A DNA stretch of 64,000 nucleotides from Mobula hypostoma. Taxonomy: Eukaryota. The DNA is taken from contig NC_086108.1 of the NCBI RefSeq assembly GCF_963921235.1, positions 16,244,001-16,308,000 of the forward strand, written 5' to 3'. A model generated the notes under the pieces. The model ran no database searches and had not been told where the DNA came from. It was given only the letters and a program-made list of their open reading frames with translations. The first letter of the stretch is position 1; each line of letters opens with the position of its first letter. This document shows, piece after piece, positions 50,480-63,485 of this stretch. The translations under genes were made by a program, and so were the position numbers.

Positions 50480-53200
50480 AAGTACAGGGCAGGTATGTTA
50501 CAGTCAGAAGGAAGGAAAAGGGTGGCAAAGTACAAGAACCTTGGCATCAAGAGAGGTAATAAATTTAGTCAAGAAGGAAAAGTATGTAACACTTCGGAAA
50601 CTAGAATCAAAAAGAAACCTTGAGGATTATAATGAAGACAGAAAAGAATTCAAGAAGAGAATTAGGAAAGCCAGGAGGAGCCATGAAAAGTTCTTGGCAA
50701 GTAGTATTAAAGAGAATCCCGAAGCATTCTATGCATACAATAAGAGCAAGAGGATAATGAGGGAGAGAATAGGACCACTTAAGGATGGGGTGGGGGGGGG
50801 GGAGAACATTTGCTTGGAGGCAGAGGGTGTGAGTGAGGTCCTTAATGAGTACTTTACATCAGTATCTACCAAGGAAAAGGATGTGGATGACAGGGACATC
50901 AGTGCTGAGTATATTAATATGCTAAGGCATTTCAAGGTAAAGAAGAAAGTAGTGTTGGGTTTCTTAAAGAGCATTAAGTTCGATAAATCCTCAGGGCCCG
51001 ATGAGTTAATAAGAGAGGCAAGAGAGGATATTGCTGGGGCTTTGATCAGTATCCCTGTGTCCTCTCTAGCCATAGGCGAAGTCCAGGGGGACTGGCAAGT
51101 AGCTAATGTTGCTGCTGCTGGCTAAGTCAAAGGTGGTGATGAATCAGCATACAGGAGAGAAATCGAAAATCTGGCTGAATGGTGCCACAATGATCAACAT
51201 TAGCAAAACTAAAGACCTGATTATTGACTACAGGAAGAGGAAAAGTGGAGACCCGTGAGCCAGTCCTCATCAGAGTATCAGAGGTGGACAAGGTCAGTAA
51301 CTTAAAATTCCTCAACATGGTCATTTCAAAGGATCTGTTCTGGGTCCAGCACATAACTGCTATTACAAAGAAGGCACAGCAGCACCTCTACTTTTTTATA
51401 TAAATTAGTTTGGGAAGATTTGGCATGTCATCTAAAACTTTGACAACCTTCCATAGGTGAATGGTTGAAAGTTTACTGACTGGTTGTATCACAGCCTAGA
51501 GTGGAAACATCAATGCCCTTGAACAGAACAGCCTACAGCACAGTCCATCACAGGCAAAACCTTCTCCACCATTGAGCACATCAATAAGGAGCACCGTTGC
51601 AGGCAGCAGCATCCATTATTAAGGACATCCACCATCTTGGACATGCTCTCTTCTCCCTGCTGCCATCAGGAAGGAAGTACCTTAGGTCCCACAGCACTAG
51701 GTTCAGGAACAATTAATTATCCCACAGTCATCAAGCTCTTGAAACAGAGTGGATAACTTCACCCAGGACCAAGCTGATTCCACAACCAATGGACTCACTT
51801 TCATAAAGTCTACAACTCATGCTCACAATATTACTACTTATTTATTATTATTTTGTTTTTCTGTGTGTATTTGCACATTGGCTGTTTGTCTATCTTTGTG
51901 TAGTTTTTCAATGATTTTATTGTATTTCTTTGTACTTACTGTGAATGCTTGTCAAAAAATTAATCGCAGGGATCATTTATGGTAACATATATATACTCTG
52001 AAGCTTTGATGTTGTTTCATTATTCAAGAAGGGAATCAGGGATAATCCTGGAAACCATAGACCACTGAATCTCCAGTCAGTGGTAGGAAGTTACTGGAGA
52101 CAATTCTTAGGGATAGGATTTATAGGCATTTGGAAAACCATGGCCTAATCAGGGAAAGCTAGCATGGCTTTGTGTGGAGCAAGTCATGTCTTACTAACAA
52201 GACAAGGATGATTGATGAAGTTAGAGCTGTGGATGTTGTCTACATAGGTTTAGTAAGGCATTTGAAAATATAGATGAGTGCGTTTATAAGTTTGCAGATG
52301 ATGCAAAGATTGGTGGTGTGGTAGCTTACAAAACTGGTAAGAAGTACAAGAAGATATAGATCAGCAGCAGATATAGGTGGAAAAATGACAGATGGGGTTT
52401 AATATGGCCAAATGTGAAGTGTTGCACCTTGGTATGGCAAATGAAAAGAGACAGTACATTGTTAAGGGCAAGACCCTTAAGTGTTGATGAGAGGAGGGAT
52501 CTTGGGGTCCAAGTTCATAGCTCTCTGAAAGTGGCTACACAGGTTCATAGGGTGGTTAAAGAAACATACGGCATATTTGCCTTTATTAGTCAAGGTATTG
52601 AGTTCAAAGGTCAGGAAGCTAATGTTGCAGCTTTATAAAACCCTAGTTAGACTGCATCTGGAATATTGAATACAATTCTGGTCACCCCATTATAGGAAGG
52701 GTGTGGAGGCTTTGGAGAGGGTGCAGAAGAGTTTACCACGATGTTGCCTGGATTAGGCAGCATGAGCTATAACGAGAGATTGGACAAACTTGAGTCATTT
52801 TCTCCAGATTGGCAGAGGCTGAGGGGAGATCCAATACAGGTTTATAATCTAAGAGGCATAGATAGAGTAGAGATAATATATTTTTCCAAGGTTGAAATGT
52901 TTAATACCAGATGGCATGCATTTAAGACGAGGGCGTAATTTTAAAGGAGATGTGAGGGGCAAGTTTTTTTAAACAGAATGGTGGGTGCCTGAAATGTGTT
53001 GCCTGGGGTGGTGGTAGAGGCAGAAATTTTAGACTTTTAACAGACGTTTAGATAGACACATGAATGTGAGGAATATAGAAGGATATGGACATGGTGTGAG
53101 CAGGAGAGGTTGGTTTAGTTGGCCATTTGATTAACAATTTATTTGGTTCAGCACATTATGGCCAAAAGGCCTGTTCCTGTACTGTATCGCTCTATGTTTA
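50480..53200 (+). mobile_element. Degraded CR1 interrupted by a Rex fragment (about 51110-52005)
   Basis: IKENPEAFY...DWQVANV, then Rex motifs, then CR1 resumes (gttgtttcattattcaagaaggg); ctctatgt end. Confidence 0.85.
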
Positions 53201-53259
53201 ATTAATCAACCAGAGCTTCTCCAGAGTAGAGAATTCCAAAGATATGTAATTTGCCAGGT

Positions 53260-54095
53260 ATTAGTCAAGTTATTGAGTTCAAAAGTCAGGAAGTTATGTT
53301 GTAGCTTTATAAAACTCTAGTTAGGTTGCATCTGGAATATTGCATACAATTCTTGTAGCCCCATTTTAGGAAGGATGTGGAGGCTTTAGAGAGGGTGCAG
53401 AAGAGGATGTTGCCTGGATTAGAGGCCATGTGCTATAACGAGAGGTTGGACAAATTTGGGCTATGTTCTCTGGAGCAGCAGAGGCTAAGGGGAGATCTGA
53501 TAGCAGTTTTTCAGATTATGATAGCAATAGATAGACAGGCAGCATCTTTTTCCCAAAGCTGAAAAGTCTAATACAAGGCAGCATGCATTTAAGGTGACAG
53601 GGCATAATTTCAAAGGAGATGTGAAGGGCAAGAGTTTTTTTTTAAAACACAAGAGTGGTGGGTTCATGGAATGTGCTGGCTGGGGTGGTGGTAGAGGCAA
53701 ATACATTCCAGACTTTCAAGCGACATTTGTGGGCTTTGCTATTGCTTGTTTGGTGGGTGGAGGGAGCTGATGCATTTTGCTGAAGTACGTGGGGGAGGGA
53801 GAGCATCAATACTTTGCTGTAGCCTGTATGTGGGAGCGGGGAGTAGGGAGGCTTCAGGGTTCTAACGTTTTTTACTGTCATTCATTCTTTGGGAGCACTC
53901 TTCTGTTTTGTGGATGTCTGCGAAGAATAAGAATTTCAGGTTGTATATTGTATACATTCTGATATTAAATGGAACTACTTAACATGAAATTGAAGGATAT
54001 TGTCATTGTGTAGGCAGATGGAATTAGTATAGTTGGCCATTTGATTACTGATTTAATTGGCTTATCACAACACTGTGGGGCAAAAGGTCTATTCC
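53260..54095 (+). mobile_element. CR1 3' fragment with a nested retroposon end (53730-53980)
   Basis: ALERVQKRMLPGL...RLRGDLIAVF. Confidence 0.8.
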
Positions 54096-55119
54096 TCAAG
54101 TCAAGTCACTTTTTATTGTCATTTCAACCATAACTTCTGATACTGTACACAGTACAAAACTGATATACTGTACTGTTCTATGTTCTAAATATGCACTGTA
54201 TAATGTAAATGTAGAAGCTAACATATGTTCAATGTGGTGTAAGATTACTTCTGCATGCATAAAAACCATAGGTGGCAAATATACCCACACTACCAAATCA
54301 AGAGAAATCAATTTTTGCTGATGATATTTGGTCTCAGGCTGGACAGTTAAGAATGGAACTAGGCAACTCTGGCCCCACTCAGCTGAACAACAGTACAGAG
54401 CAGTGCAAGGCTGCAGACAGATGGGGGAGGATGAAAGATATGTCAGTCTTTTCATTCATCCAAGTGCGAGGGAAGGTGGAACTATGTTGCTTCTGTAAAG
54501 AGGCAGTAACTCAATCAGGCAGATTCAAGCAAGATACCAAGAAAAATGCACTTGAACTTCAGAAAAAAAGGGTACTTGGAGATGGGATATGGTTTAGATA
54601 GCTGGGTTGAGAATTGTTTTTGATCAGAAGGACGATGACAGCTGGTCTGCAGCTGAGTGGGACAGAATGAGAAGTAAACAAACTGAAGAAGGGAAATAGC
54701 AAACCTCTTGCTCTTGGTCTTGACAAAAGTGAAGGAGCTCCTCTGATAGTGGAAGTGAAGATGGAAAACAGCACAGTTAGTGTGTAATAAAGAAATCATG
54801 GAGGATTCTGGAACTGCTAGCAACCTGGACTGATTTGCAGAGGGCCTCAAGTTTAGCCAGAATAGTAGACTCCACATGCTTGTTCAGACAGAGGTCACAT
54901 AAGATCAAATCTCCAGGATTAAATGTCTAACAAAGTGCCAATTAAACATAACAGCTGTAGAACTACATTATCTGACAGATGTCACTGGAGAAGAATTGTT
55001 AAGTTAAGTAGCAATATTTCAAACAGAACATCAAAACAATGGATGAACTCTCCATGGGTTAAACACTCTGAAGCGTGATAGAGTTTATATGGGAAAAAGA
55101 AGCTTCTAGTAGGAAATGA

Positions 55120-55750
55120 TATAGCTGGTTTTCAATTTTGCACTTTGGAAAAAAGATCTTGGGGTTTAATGACATAATCCCCTGAGAGTGGCAGCACAAG
55201 TAGATAGGACGTTAAAGGAATAGAACATACTTTTCTTCATCAGCTGGGACATTGCTTATATAAAAGCCAGGAAGTTATCACAGAGCTGTATAAAACTTGA
55301 GCTAAACCACATTACATGCTGTGTGCATTACAGGAGTCTTGCAGACTCTGGAGAGGTGTAAAACAGGTTCACAATGATGTTACTTGGATTAGAGTGAGCT
55401 CTTAAAAAAATCTTAAGATCATTTTCTCTGGAGTGACTTAGGCTGAGAAACCTAATAGAAGTTTTTAAAATGAGAGACAAAGATGAAGTAGATAGGAGTC
55501 TTTTTCTCCAGGGTGGAAATATCAAGTACTAGAAGGTGTACTGCAAGTGAGAATGGGAAAAAAAGGTTAAAGAAAACTTATTGATAGGTGCCTGGAACAC
55601 ACTGCCAAGAGAAGTGGTGGAAGCAGATATACAAGCAGGCATGGAATAAAGGGATACAGGCCATATAGAGGCAGACATGCAGTTTAAATTGGCATCATCT
55701 TTAACACAAGCATACTAGGCAAAGGGCCAGTTTCATGTTTTGCTATTCTC
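55120..55750 (+). mobile_element. Degraded CR1 3' fragment
   Basis: cactttgg...gtggcagcacaagtagatagg...gctgtataaaac. Confidence 0.6.
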
Positions 55751-55881
55751 CCACTCCCCTCTCATTTAACAAATCCTGCAAAAGTTTTACACAAGCAAGA
55801 ATGATAGCTAGCATTGATAGATTTCACAGTACAACTGCAGTCAGTATACAAGCTCTGGTAGATATGTTAATATTAGTTTAC

Positions 55882-56057
55882 TTTTCATCCATCTGACTGC
55901 GCATCTTCTTCAGTTTCTGCATGATGCTGCTGGTTTCACTGCCCGAGATAGAAATGGGGGAAGGACTCCGTGTCTCTATATCTGTCTGCAAGGGGCTGGA
56001 AGCATGGCTCACTTTCGGAACATTTAATTCCTCAATTTGTTCTGTGCTCCGCAGCTC
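55882..56057 (-). CDS. CEP350: CEP350 internal exon
   Basis: poly-T tract + TAG acceptor, GTAAA donor; ELRSTEQ...RSPSPISISGSETSSIMQKLKKMRSQMDE(K); ends in phase 2, matching the next exon. Confidence 0.93.
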
Positions 56058-56084
56058 CTAAAACAAAAAAAAAAGGTGTTGATG

Positions 56085-56490
56085 CAGCAACACACAAAAT
56101 GTGGAGGAACTCAGGAGATCATGCAGCATTTATGGAAATTAATAAATATTGATGTTTCAGGCAGAGACTCTTCATCAGGACTGGAAAGCAAGGGGAAGAA
56201 GCCAGAATAAGGTGGTGAGTGGAGGGGAAGGAGTACAAGCTAGAAAATGGCAGATGTAGCCCGGTGTGGTGGTGGTGAGGCAGGGGGTGGTGGTGGTGAG
56301 GCAGGGGGTGGTGGTTGGTATGAAGAAACTGGGAGATGATAGGTAGAAAAGGTAAGGGCTGGAGAAGAAGGAATCTGATAGGAGAAGAGAGTGGACCATG
56401 GGATAAAGGAAAGGAGGAGGGGCACCAGGGAGAGGTGAGAAGGGGTAAGAGAGAAGCCAGAGTGGAAAAAATTAAGAAAAGGGAAGGGGG
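56085..56490 (-). mobile_element. PLE 3' end adjacent to a CEP350 acceptor
   Basis: Reverse terminus with CTGATGA...GAAACATC at 56151-56178, plus purine-rich tract. Confidence 0.8.
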
Positions 56491-57895
56491 AGGTGAAAAA
56501 CAAGCACAATAACTATTTATTCAAATATATGCAAGAAAAGATAAAAGCTAAATAGGCTAAATAGTGGTTCCCCTGGATGACGCGATTGGAATACTAATAA
56601 TAAGGATGAGACAAACAATGACAGAACATTAATTATTTCAGAGGGAAAAGTGCTAGGCAAAGAAAAGGCCAACAAAACTTTTACATCTCATGGCTTACAT
56701 CTCAGTCTTAAGTGCAGAGATGGTACATCCATTGGTCATAATTTTCAAAAAAAAAAAAATCTTTGGATGCTGAAAAACTTCCAATGGATTAGATGGCCAC
56801 AATGATAGTACAATGAGAGGATGTTCCTTACTTGTGGTGGAAGTCATGATTTTGTGGGGGAACGTCTCATAAAATGCAGCAATTCATTTATGATGAATTC
56901 AAGCAAAAATTCCAAATGTGGGATGTGAATTTTTAGTATTCCCCATTCCTTAAGGATATGCAAGCCAAATAACTGAATATATTTAAAGCCAACAGAGAGT
57001 TGAGGAATCCAGGTTTATGGGGAACAAGCAAGGAAGTAGAACTGAAACCAAGATCAGCTTAGCTGATCTTTCTGAATGACATAGCAGACTCTTGAGGAGT
57101 GGGGTAGAAGAGCTGATGTACTCAGATGCTGCAAATTATATCAAAAAAAGATACTAGAAATACTTGAACGTCAGTAACTATAGCAAGAAAGCCAGCTGAA
57201 ATTGCAATGGCACTCGTTCCAGCTTTTCCGAAATTTTAAAATCTGCTTTTTTTTAAAAAAAAAGCATTTATTAAATAAGGCAACAACAGGTTAAGGTGGG
57301 TAAATGGAAATGAAATGCCTTTCAACAACATAGTTTGAAGACTAACTGGCATACTACATACTTCATTTTTTTTATATTGGAAACAAGATTACCCTTGGAG
57401 GATTACACTTGGTCAAGTGGGGAGGAAGCTCATGCAGAGAAAATTAAAAATTAGACACAAGACCTATTTCTGTACTATAAAATTAAAAGTATTTCAATGG
57501 AATAAAGAGTAACATCAAATTAAACCATGGGTATATACAGCTCACTAAAAGGCAAGGACAAAATTCAAAATACTTTCCCTGACACAATGGCTGCAGTTAT
57601 GTGAATTTAGGCAGCTGCAAGTACCACGATGTTTACTTCTGCACAGACTGCAAGTAAATGTTTTTTTTTCAGTAATATAACTGGTAGTGTGAAAATGGTA
57701 TTCTTCACCATAGGTTAGTATGTGCCTCCTATTTGCCCATGTACGAGGTTAAACTTGTCATCTATAATTCTAGTCGAGGATATACTTATTGGTAAATGTC
57801 AGGCTTGCATTGCTGAAAATTGAATTCTCAAGTTCCCTATTTACTAAATAGATTTATAATGAATACAATGCACACATACAGCTTAGAATACTCAC

Positions 57896-58042
57896 CAGCT
57901 TGCCCTCTCCAGCTGATTTGAGTTTCTCCTGTATTTTGATAGTGGTCTGGCGCAAACGTTGGATCTCCTCCTGCTGTTTCAGGATCAATTGTCTTTCCTT
58001 GCGAGCAGCCCTATTGGCTTCTTGAAGGCGTTTGATTTCAGC
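57896..58042 (-). CDS. CEP350: CEP350 internal exon
   Basis: AG...GTGAG; 147 nt; AEIKRLQEANRAARKERQLILKQQEEIQRLRQTTIKIQEKLKSAGEGKL. Confidence 0.95.
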
Positions 58043-58416
58043 CTGTTTCAGTTTTATTTCAGCAAAAGATACAAACTTTTAGCATATCAAAGAAATAACA
58101 AAAATAAGAGGCAAAAAAGAGATTTAGTGTAAACAATGGCATGTCCCATCACAAATCAAATCCCCTACACAATGGGTCAACATAACACTACCACTTGTGC
58201 AATTCAACACATCGCTTCATTAAAGATCAATGATCAAAACTCCTGCATAATGGGTCAATGTAACACAACAACCTGTGCAGTTACAACCTATGCAGTTCAA
58301 CACATTGTTTCATTAAAGATCAGCACAGAATTATGCATCGTTTCTAAAATAGTAAGCACGCCCAAAGTGCAAATTTTGCCATTTATTTGATGAAAACTGC
58401 CTGGTCTCAGAAGAAA

Positions 58417-58615
58417 CACACATCAAAGTTGCTGGTGAACGCAGCAGACCAGGCAGCATCTGTAGGAAGAGGTGCAGTCGACGTTTCAGGCCGAGACCTT
58501 TGGCCTGAAACATTGACTGCACCTCTTCCTACAGATGCTGCGTGGCCTACTGCGTTCACCAGCAACTTTGATGTGCGTTGCTTGAATTTCCAGCATCTGC
58601 AGAATTCCTGTTGTT
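58417..58615. mobile_element. Fold-back PLE-terminus insertion with 15-bp TSD
   Basis: TGGTCTCAGAAGAAA at 58402-58416 and 58616-58630; inverted arms about 58417-58494 and 58502-58580. Confidence 0.92.
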
Positions 58616-59276
58616 TGGTCTCAGAAGAAAGGATTTTTAAAAAATTTGATTTTGCCAAATTTTCTGAAATGTCCCCAGTTTTCCTTCCTGATCTCCAGTG
58701 AATTAACCAACCTCATCTGGATTGTTGAAATCTTAAATGCTTTCAGCAGCCATGTGCTTCAGGAAGAAATGGAGGAGGAAGAAGTGAAGAGGGTTTTCAC
58801 TCTCAAGAATTACTTTATAATGCCTACTGCAGAGCTGACTTGGAACACACAGCAGTAGAGCAAAGAAACATTCCCTACGGCCCACCACGTCTAAACTGAC
58901 TACAATGTCAAATTACGTTAATCTCACCTGCCCACACATGATCCATATTCCCCTTTTTTTTTGCATATTTATGGGCCTGTCCCACATCACTATCACATTT
59001 GCTTCCACAAACCCCTGGCAGCACATTCCAGGCACTTATCACTGGGTTAAAAAAAAAATTGCCTTGTAAACGTCTTAAAATTTCCTCAAGTTAAACCTAC
59101 GCCTCTAGAAGTTGATATTTCCACACTGGAAAAAATACCACCTAACCTAATTAGGCCTCTCATAATTTTATATACTTCTAACTAGTCTCCCAAAGCCATC
59201 CAATTTTTTCCCAATCTTTCCTTACAGCCATACTTGTGAGTATATTATTGAGCAAATCTAAGATCTACTCCAAATA

Positions 59277-60789
59277 CTTCCTGCACGCATCCTTCACAAC
59301 ATCGATGACTGCATTGGCGCTGCTTCCTGCATGCATGCTGAGCTCGATGACTTCATGAACTTTGCCTCCAACTTTCACCCTGCCCTCAAGTTTACCTGGT
59401 CCATTTCCGACACCTCCCTCCCCTTTCTAGATCTTTCTGTCTCTATCTCTGGAGACAGCTTATCTACCGATGTCTACTATAAGCCTACTGACTCTCACAG
59501 CTATCTGGACTATTCCTCTTCTCACCCTGTGTCTTGCAAAAATGCCATCCCCTTCTCGCAATTGCTCCGTCTCTGCCGCATCTGCTCTCAGGATGAGGCT
59601 TTTCATTCCAGGACGAAGGAGATGTCCTTTTTTAAAGAAAGGGGCTTTCTTTCCTCCACCATCAACTCTGCTCTCAAACGCATCTCCCCCATTTCACGCA
59701 CATCTGCTCTCACTCCATCCTCCCGCCACCCCACTAAGAATAGGGTTCCCCTTGTCCTCAGCTACCACCCCACCAGCCTCCGGGTCCAACATATAACTCT
59801 CCGTAACTTCCACCACCTCCAACGGGATCCCACCACTAAGCACATCTTTCCCTCACCCCCCCTCTCTGCTTTCCGCAGGGATCGCTCCCTACGTGACTCC
59901 CTTGACCATTCGTCCCCCCCATCCTTGCCCACCAATCTCCCTCCTGGCACTTATCTGTGTAAGTGGAACAAGTGCTACACATGCCCTTACACTTCCTCCC
60001 TCACTACCATTCAGGGCCCCAGACAGTCCTTCCAGGTGAGGCAACACTTCACCTGTCAGTCGACTGGGGTGATATACTGCGTCCGGTGCTCCCGATGTGG
60101 CCTATATATTGGTGAGACCTGATGAAGACTGGGAGACCGTTTCGTTGAACACCTACGCTCTGTCCGCCAGAGAAAGCAGGATCTCCCAGTGGCCACACAT
60201 TTTAATTCCACATCCCATTCCCATTCTGACATGTCTATCCACGGCCTCCTCTACTGTAAAGATGAAGCCACACTCAGGTTGGAGGAACAACACCTTATAT
60301 TCCGTCTGGGTAGCTTCCAACCTGATGGCATGAACATTGACTTCCCAAACTTCCGTTAATGCCCCACCTCCCCCTCATACCCCATCCGTTATTTATTTAT
60401 TTATATACCCACATGCTGTTTCTCTCTCTTTTTCTCCCTCTGTCCCTCTCACTATACCCCTTGCCCATCCTCTGGGTTTTCCCCCCCCTCCCTTTTCTTT
60501 CTCCCTAGGCCTCCTGTCCCATGATCCTCTCATATCCCTTTTGCCAATCACCTGTCCAGCTCTTGGCTCCATCCCTCCCCCTCCTGTCTCCTCCTATCAT
60601 TTCGGATCTCCCCCTCCCCCTCCCACTTTCAAATCCCTTACTAGCTCTTCTTTCAGTTCATCCTGACGAAGGGTCTTAGCCCGAAACGTCAACTGTACCT
60701 CTTCCTAGAGATGCTGCCTGGCCTGCTGCGTTCACCAGCAACTTTGATGTGTGTTGCTTGAAATTCCAGCATCTGCAGAATTCCTCGTG
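59277..60789 (+). mobile_element. Penelope-like element (RT C-terminal part, GIY-YIG, terminus) with 13-bp TSD
   Basis: TCTACTCCAAATA at 59264-59276 and 60790-60802; IDDCIG, LPFLD, YYKPTDSHSYL, VIYCVRCSRCGLYIGET. Confidence 0.95.
60654..60695 (+). ncRNA. Minimal hammerhead ribozyme motif at PLE 3' end
   Basis: cagttcatc-CTGACGA-agggtcttagccc-GAAA-CGTC-aactg. Confidence 0.6.
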
Positions 60790-61580
60790 TCTACTCCAAA
60801 TAAGGTAGCTTTTACAGCCAGTGTAAAGTCACTGCAGCTTTACACTGTTTTGTGTCAAAATCTATACCAAATACAAAGTAGCACCAATTTCTTGTTTGAA
60901 GGGGCCCACAGTGCAAGGGCAAGGGGTCATTTTCTGACTGTGATAGGATAACAAGAAGCACATAACAGTTTGGTCAATGGCATGAGGGGAATTGATAAAG
61001 TTAGAACAAAGCTGATGGGTTTGCAAATATTAGATATAAGTAAAGCAAACTGAGATGTAACCTTGATCATAATCATGTACTGGTTGGCTGTTAAAAAGTC
61101 CCAGGAAAGGGCATCTAGTGGTAAAATTATCAAGCCAAGGAGGAAAGTGATGTGTTGCATTATGAGATCCAACATGCACTACATGCAGAAAAAACAAGCA
61201 GGCAAGGGAAAAAATTTCTCTTTACACAACCAAGTCAAAACACCATATGTTTACATTAAAATTCAAATGTGGGGATCCGGAGCTGAATTGCTGTGGGCAA
61301 AGTACCAAGCTTGTCCTGATGATGGACACTTTCAGCTTAGTACTGCTGACTTATGGTGAAAATAGAAACCTCAACAGGTCACTTGTACCTTCGTCTGACA
61401 ACTACAGTTGGAAATCAATCCATGCAGTAAATTTAAAAATTCACAGAAAAATTGGTTAATTGACAAAATCAAAGTACTCAGACCAACAGCCAACCAAGCA
61501 ATGGAATGGACAGGTAATACAAACGTAGATGTCCTATTACTGGGAGCAGAAATTAGTTTTTGACTTCAAATGCATATTAC

Positions 61581-61668
61581 CTGCTCTTGCTGCAGCCTGA
61601 GAAGTAGCCCACGCTGTCGCTTACGGATTGGTGGCATTTTATCATCTTCCCCTTTGTCTCTCAGACGT
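61581..61668 (-). CDS. CEP350: CEP350 internal exon (most 5' in window)
   Basis: ttctacAG acceptor, GTAAT donor; encodes RLRDKGEDDKMPPIRKRQRGLLLRLQQEQ, recognisable CEP350 coiled-coil; ends in phase 0. Confidence 0.93.
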
Positions 61669-62299
61669 CTGTAGAAATATAACATGATAAAGGTCACACA
61701 GTAATGTCAGTTTCTCCTACAACATATGGATTAGACTATGCACAACACTTTTTTTTATAGTACCATCAATCAGAACAAATTAATGTGCAATTTTCAGTTG
61801 CTGAATTTACACTTAAGAACTAAATGACCAGATCTGAGCAGAAAATATTTGAACATTTTTAATTTCCATGCTCATTTCTGAGGTTTGGTTTTCTGAACTT
61901 GGAAAGGAAGTACTTTTGAGAAACTGAGCATAGTGAGATGATAGAAAATGTAATGAAAAACAAAGTTTAAGAGTACTAATTGATTGAGAGCAGAATTTAT
62001 GCACAAATTTGTATGAACAAATAGCCTGGATTACCAAATAAACAGGGAACTGCAAAATAAATAATGGTGATGCATACCATAAAATATTATTAGGTTCCCT
62101 TAAGCTAAGAATTCTTTTAGTGAGCCCAGAATATCATTGGACCAGAAAGGTAAAATCCTTGTCCATACTTGTATTAAATGCCTTACAATTTCAAAACAAT
62201 TTATTCAATCCAACCAATGTTAGACAGCAAAAAACTTGCTGTTCTAATAGGTTTCCTGTATTTCTGATGGATAACAAATGCTTTGGTATGGATAGTTTC

Positions 62300-62510
62300 A
62301 GCTTCTTTCTCTCTGCCATCAGATTTCTGAATGGACAATTAACCCACGTACACTACCTCACTGCTTTTTTTTTGCACTTTATGCACTTATTTTTCAATAT
62401 ATATTGCATTTCTTATTGTAGTTTATAGTTTATTATTATATATTGAAATGTAACGCTACCACAAAACAACTAATTTCGCAACATATGCCAATGATATTAA
62501 ATCTGATTCT
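62300..62510 (+). mobile_element. Rex-type 3' end remnant
   Basis: cagcttctttctctctgccatcagatttctgaatggac...attaaatctgattctg. Confidence 0.6.
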
Positions 62511-62779
62511 GGATAAGATTTTGTGAAATAAAAATAATTATGCTATGCTACTAAATGCTAAATCTATCAGCGTAAGTTGGTAATTGAGACCAAATGAAAA
62601 ATCTGGATGCTGTGGAATTGGGACCCAAGATATTTAAAAACTATGTTAAAGATACTGAAAATATGTGGCCTGCAGCTCTTTTGTTGTATATTCTGAGGCT
62701 ATTTAAATATGTAGTCAATAACACATTATTTACATCAACATATTTACATAATTTACATGAACAATTTGGAAAAGGGGAC

Positions 62780-63485
62780 TGAGTATAGTGTATCTAAGTT
62801 GCCAATAACACTAAATTGAGTTGAAAAGCAAATTGTACAGAGGATCTGGAAGGTCTACATAAAGATAAGTTAAGTGAGTGGACAAGGGTTTGGTAGATAG
62901 AATACAACATCGATAAATGTGAGGTTATCCACTTTGGAAAGAAAAACAGAGAATGGATTTTTATTTAAATGGTAGTGAAAGGTAGCCGCAGAGGCATTTG
63001 GGAGTGCTTGTGCTTGAATTGCAAAAAGCTGGTCTGCAGTGCAACAGGTTATCAAGAAGGTTAATGGAATGTTGGCTTTCACTGCAAGAAGGATTGAATT
63101 TAACAGCAGAGAGGTTTGGCTGCAACTGTACTGGGGAGACTGCATTTGGAGTACTGTGTGCAATTCCGGTGTCCTTACTTGAGGAAAGATATTGGCTTTG
63201 GAGGATACACCAGGTCGATTCCAGAGATGAGGGGGTGAGCCTTTGAAGAGAGATTGCATTACCTGGGACTATACTCACTATAATGCAGAGAAATGAGAGA
63301 GAATCTTATAGAAACATAAACTTAAGCAAGGGATAGACCAGAACTAGGGGACAAAGCCTCAAGATTAGAGGGAATAGATTTAGGACAGAGATGAGGAGAA
63401 ACTGCTTTTCCAAGGGAGTAGTGAATCTGCAGAATTTTCTGTCTAGAAAAGCAGTAATGGTTGCCACATTAAATGTATTGGCATA
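62780..63485 (+). mobile_element. Degraded CR1 fragment
   Basis: aaatgtgaggttatccactttgg; ttggagtactgtgtgcaattc. Confidence 0.7.

Noticed and set aside
31862..55881. Additional CEP350 exons in the 24-kb intron
   Set aside because: Flanking exons join in frame into continuous conserved sequence (MDEK-FLTKRE); no other exon was recognised
56262..56320. 21-nt G-rich tandem repeat giving Pro/Thr-rich ORFs
   Set aside because: Slippage expansion within the PLE purine tract; the ORFs are spurious
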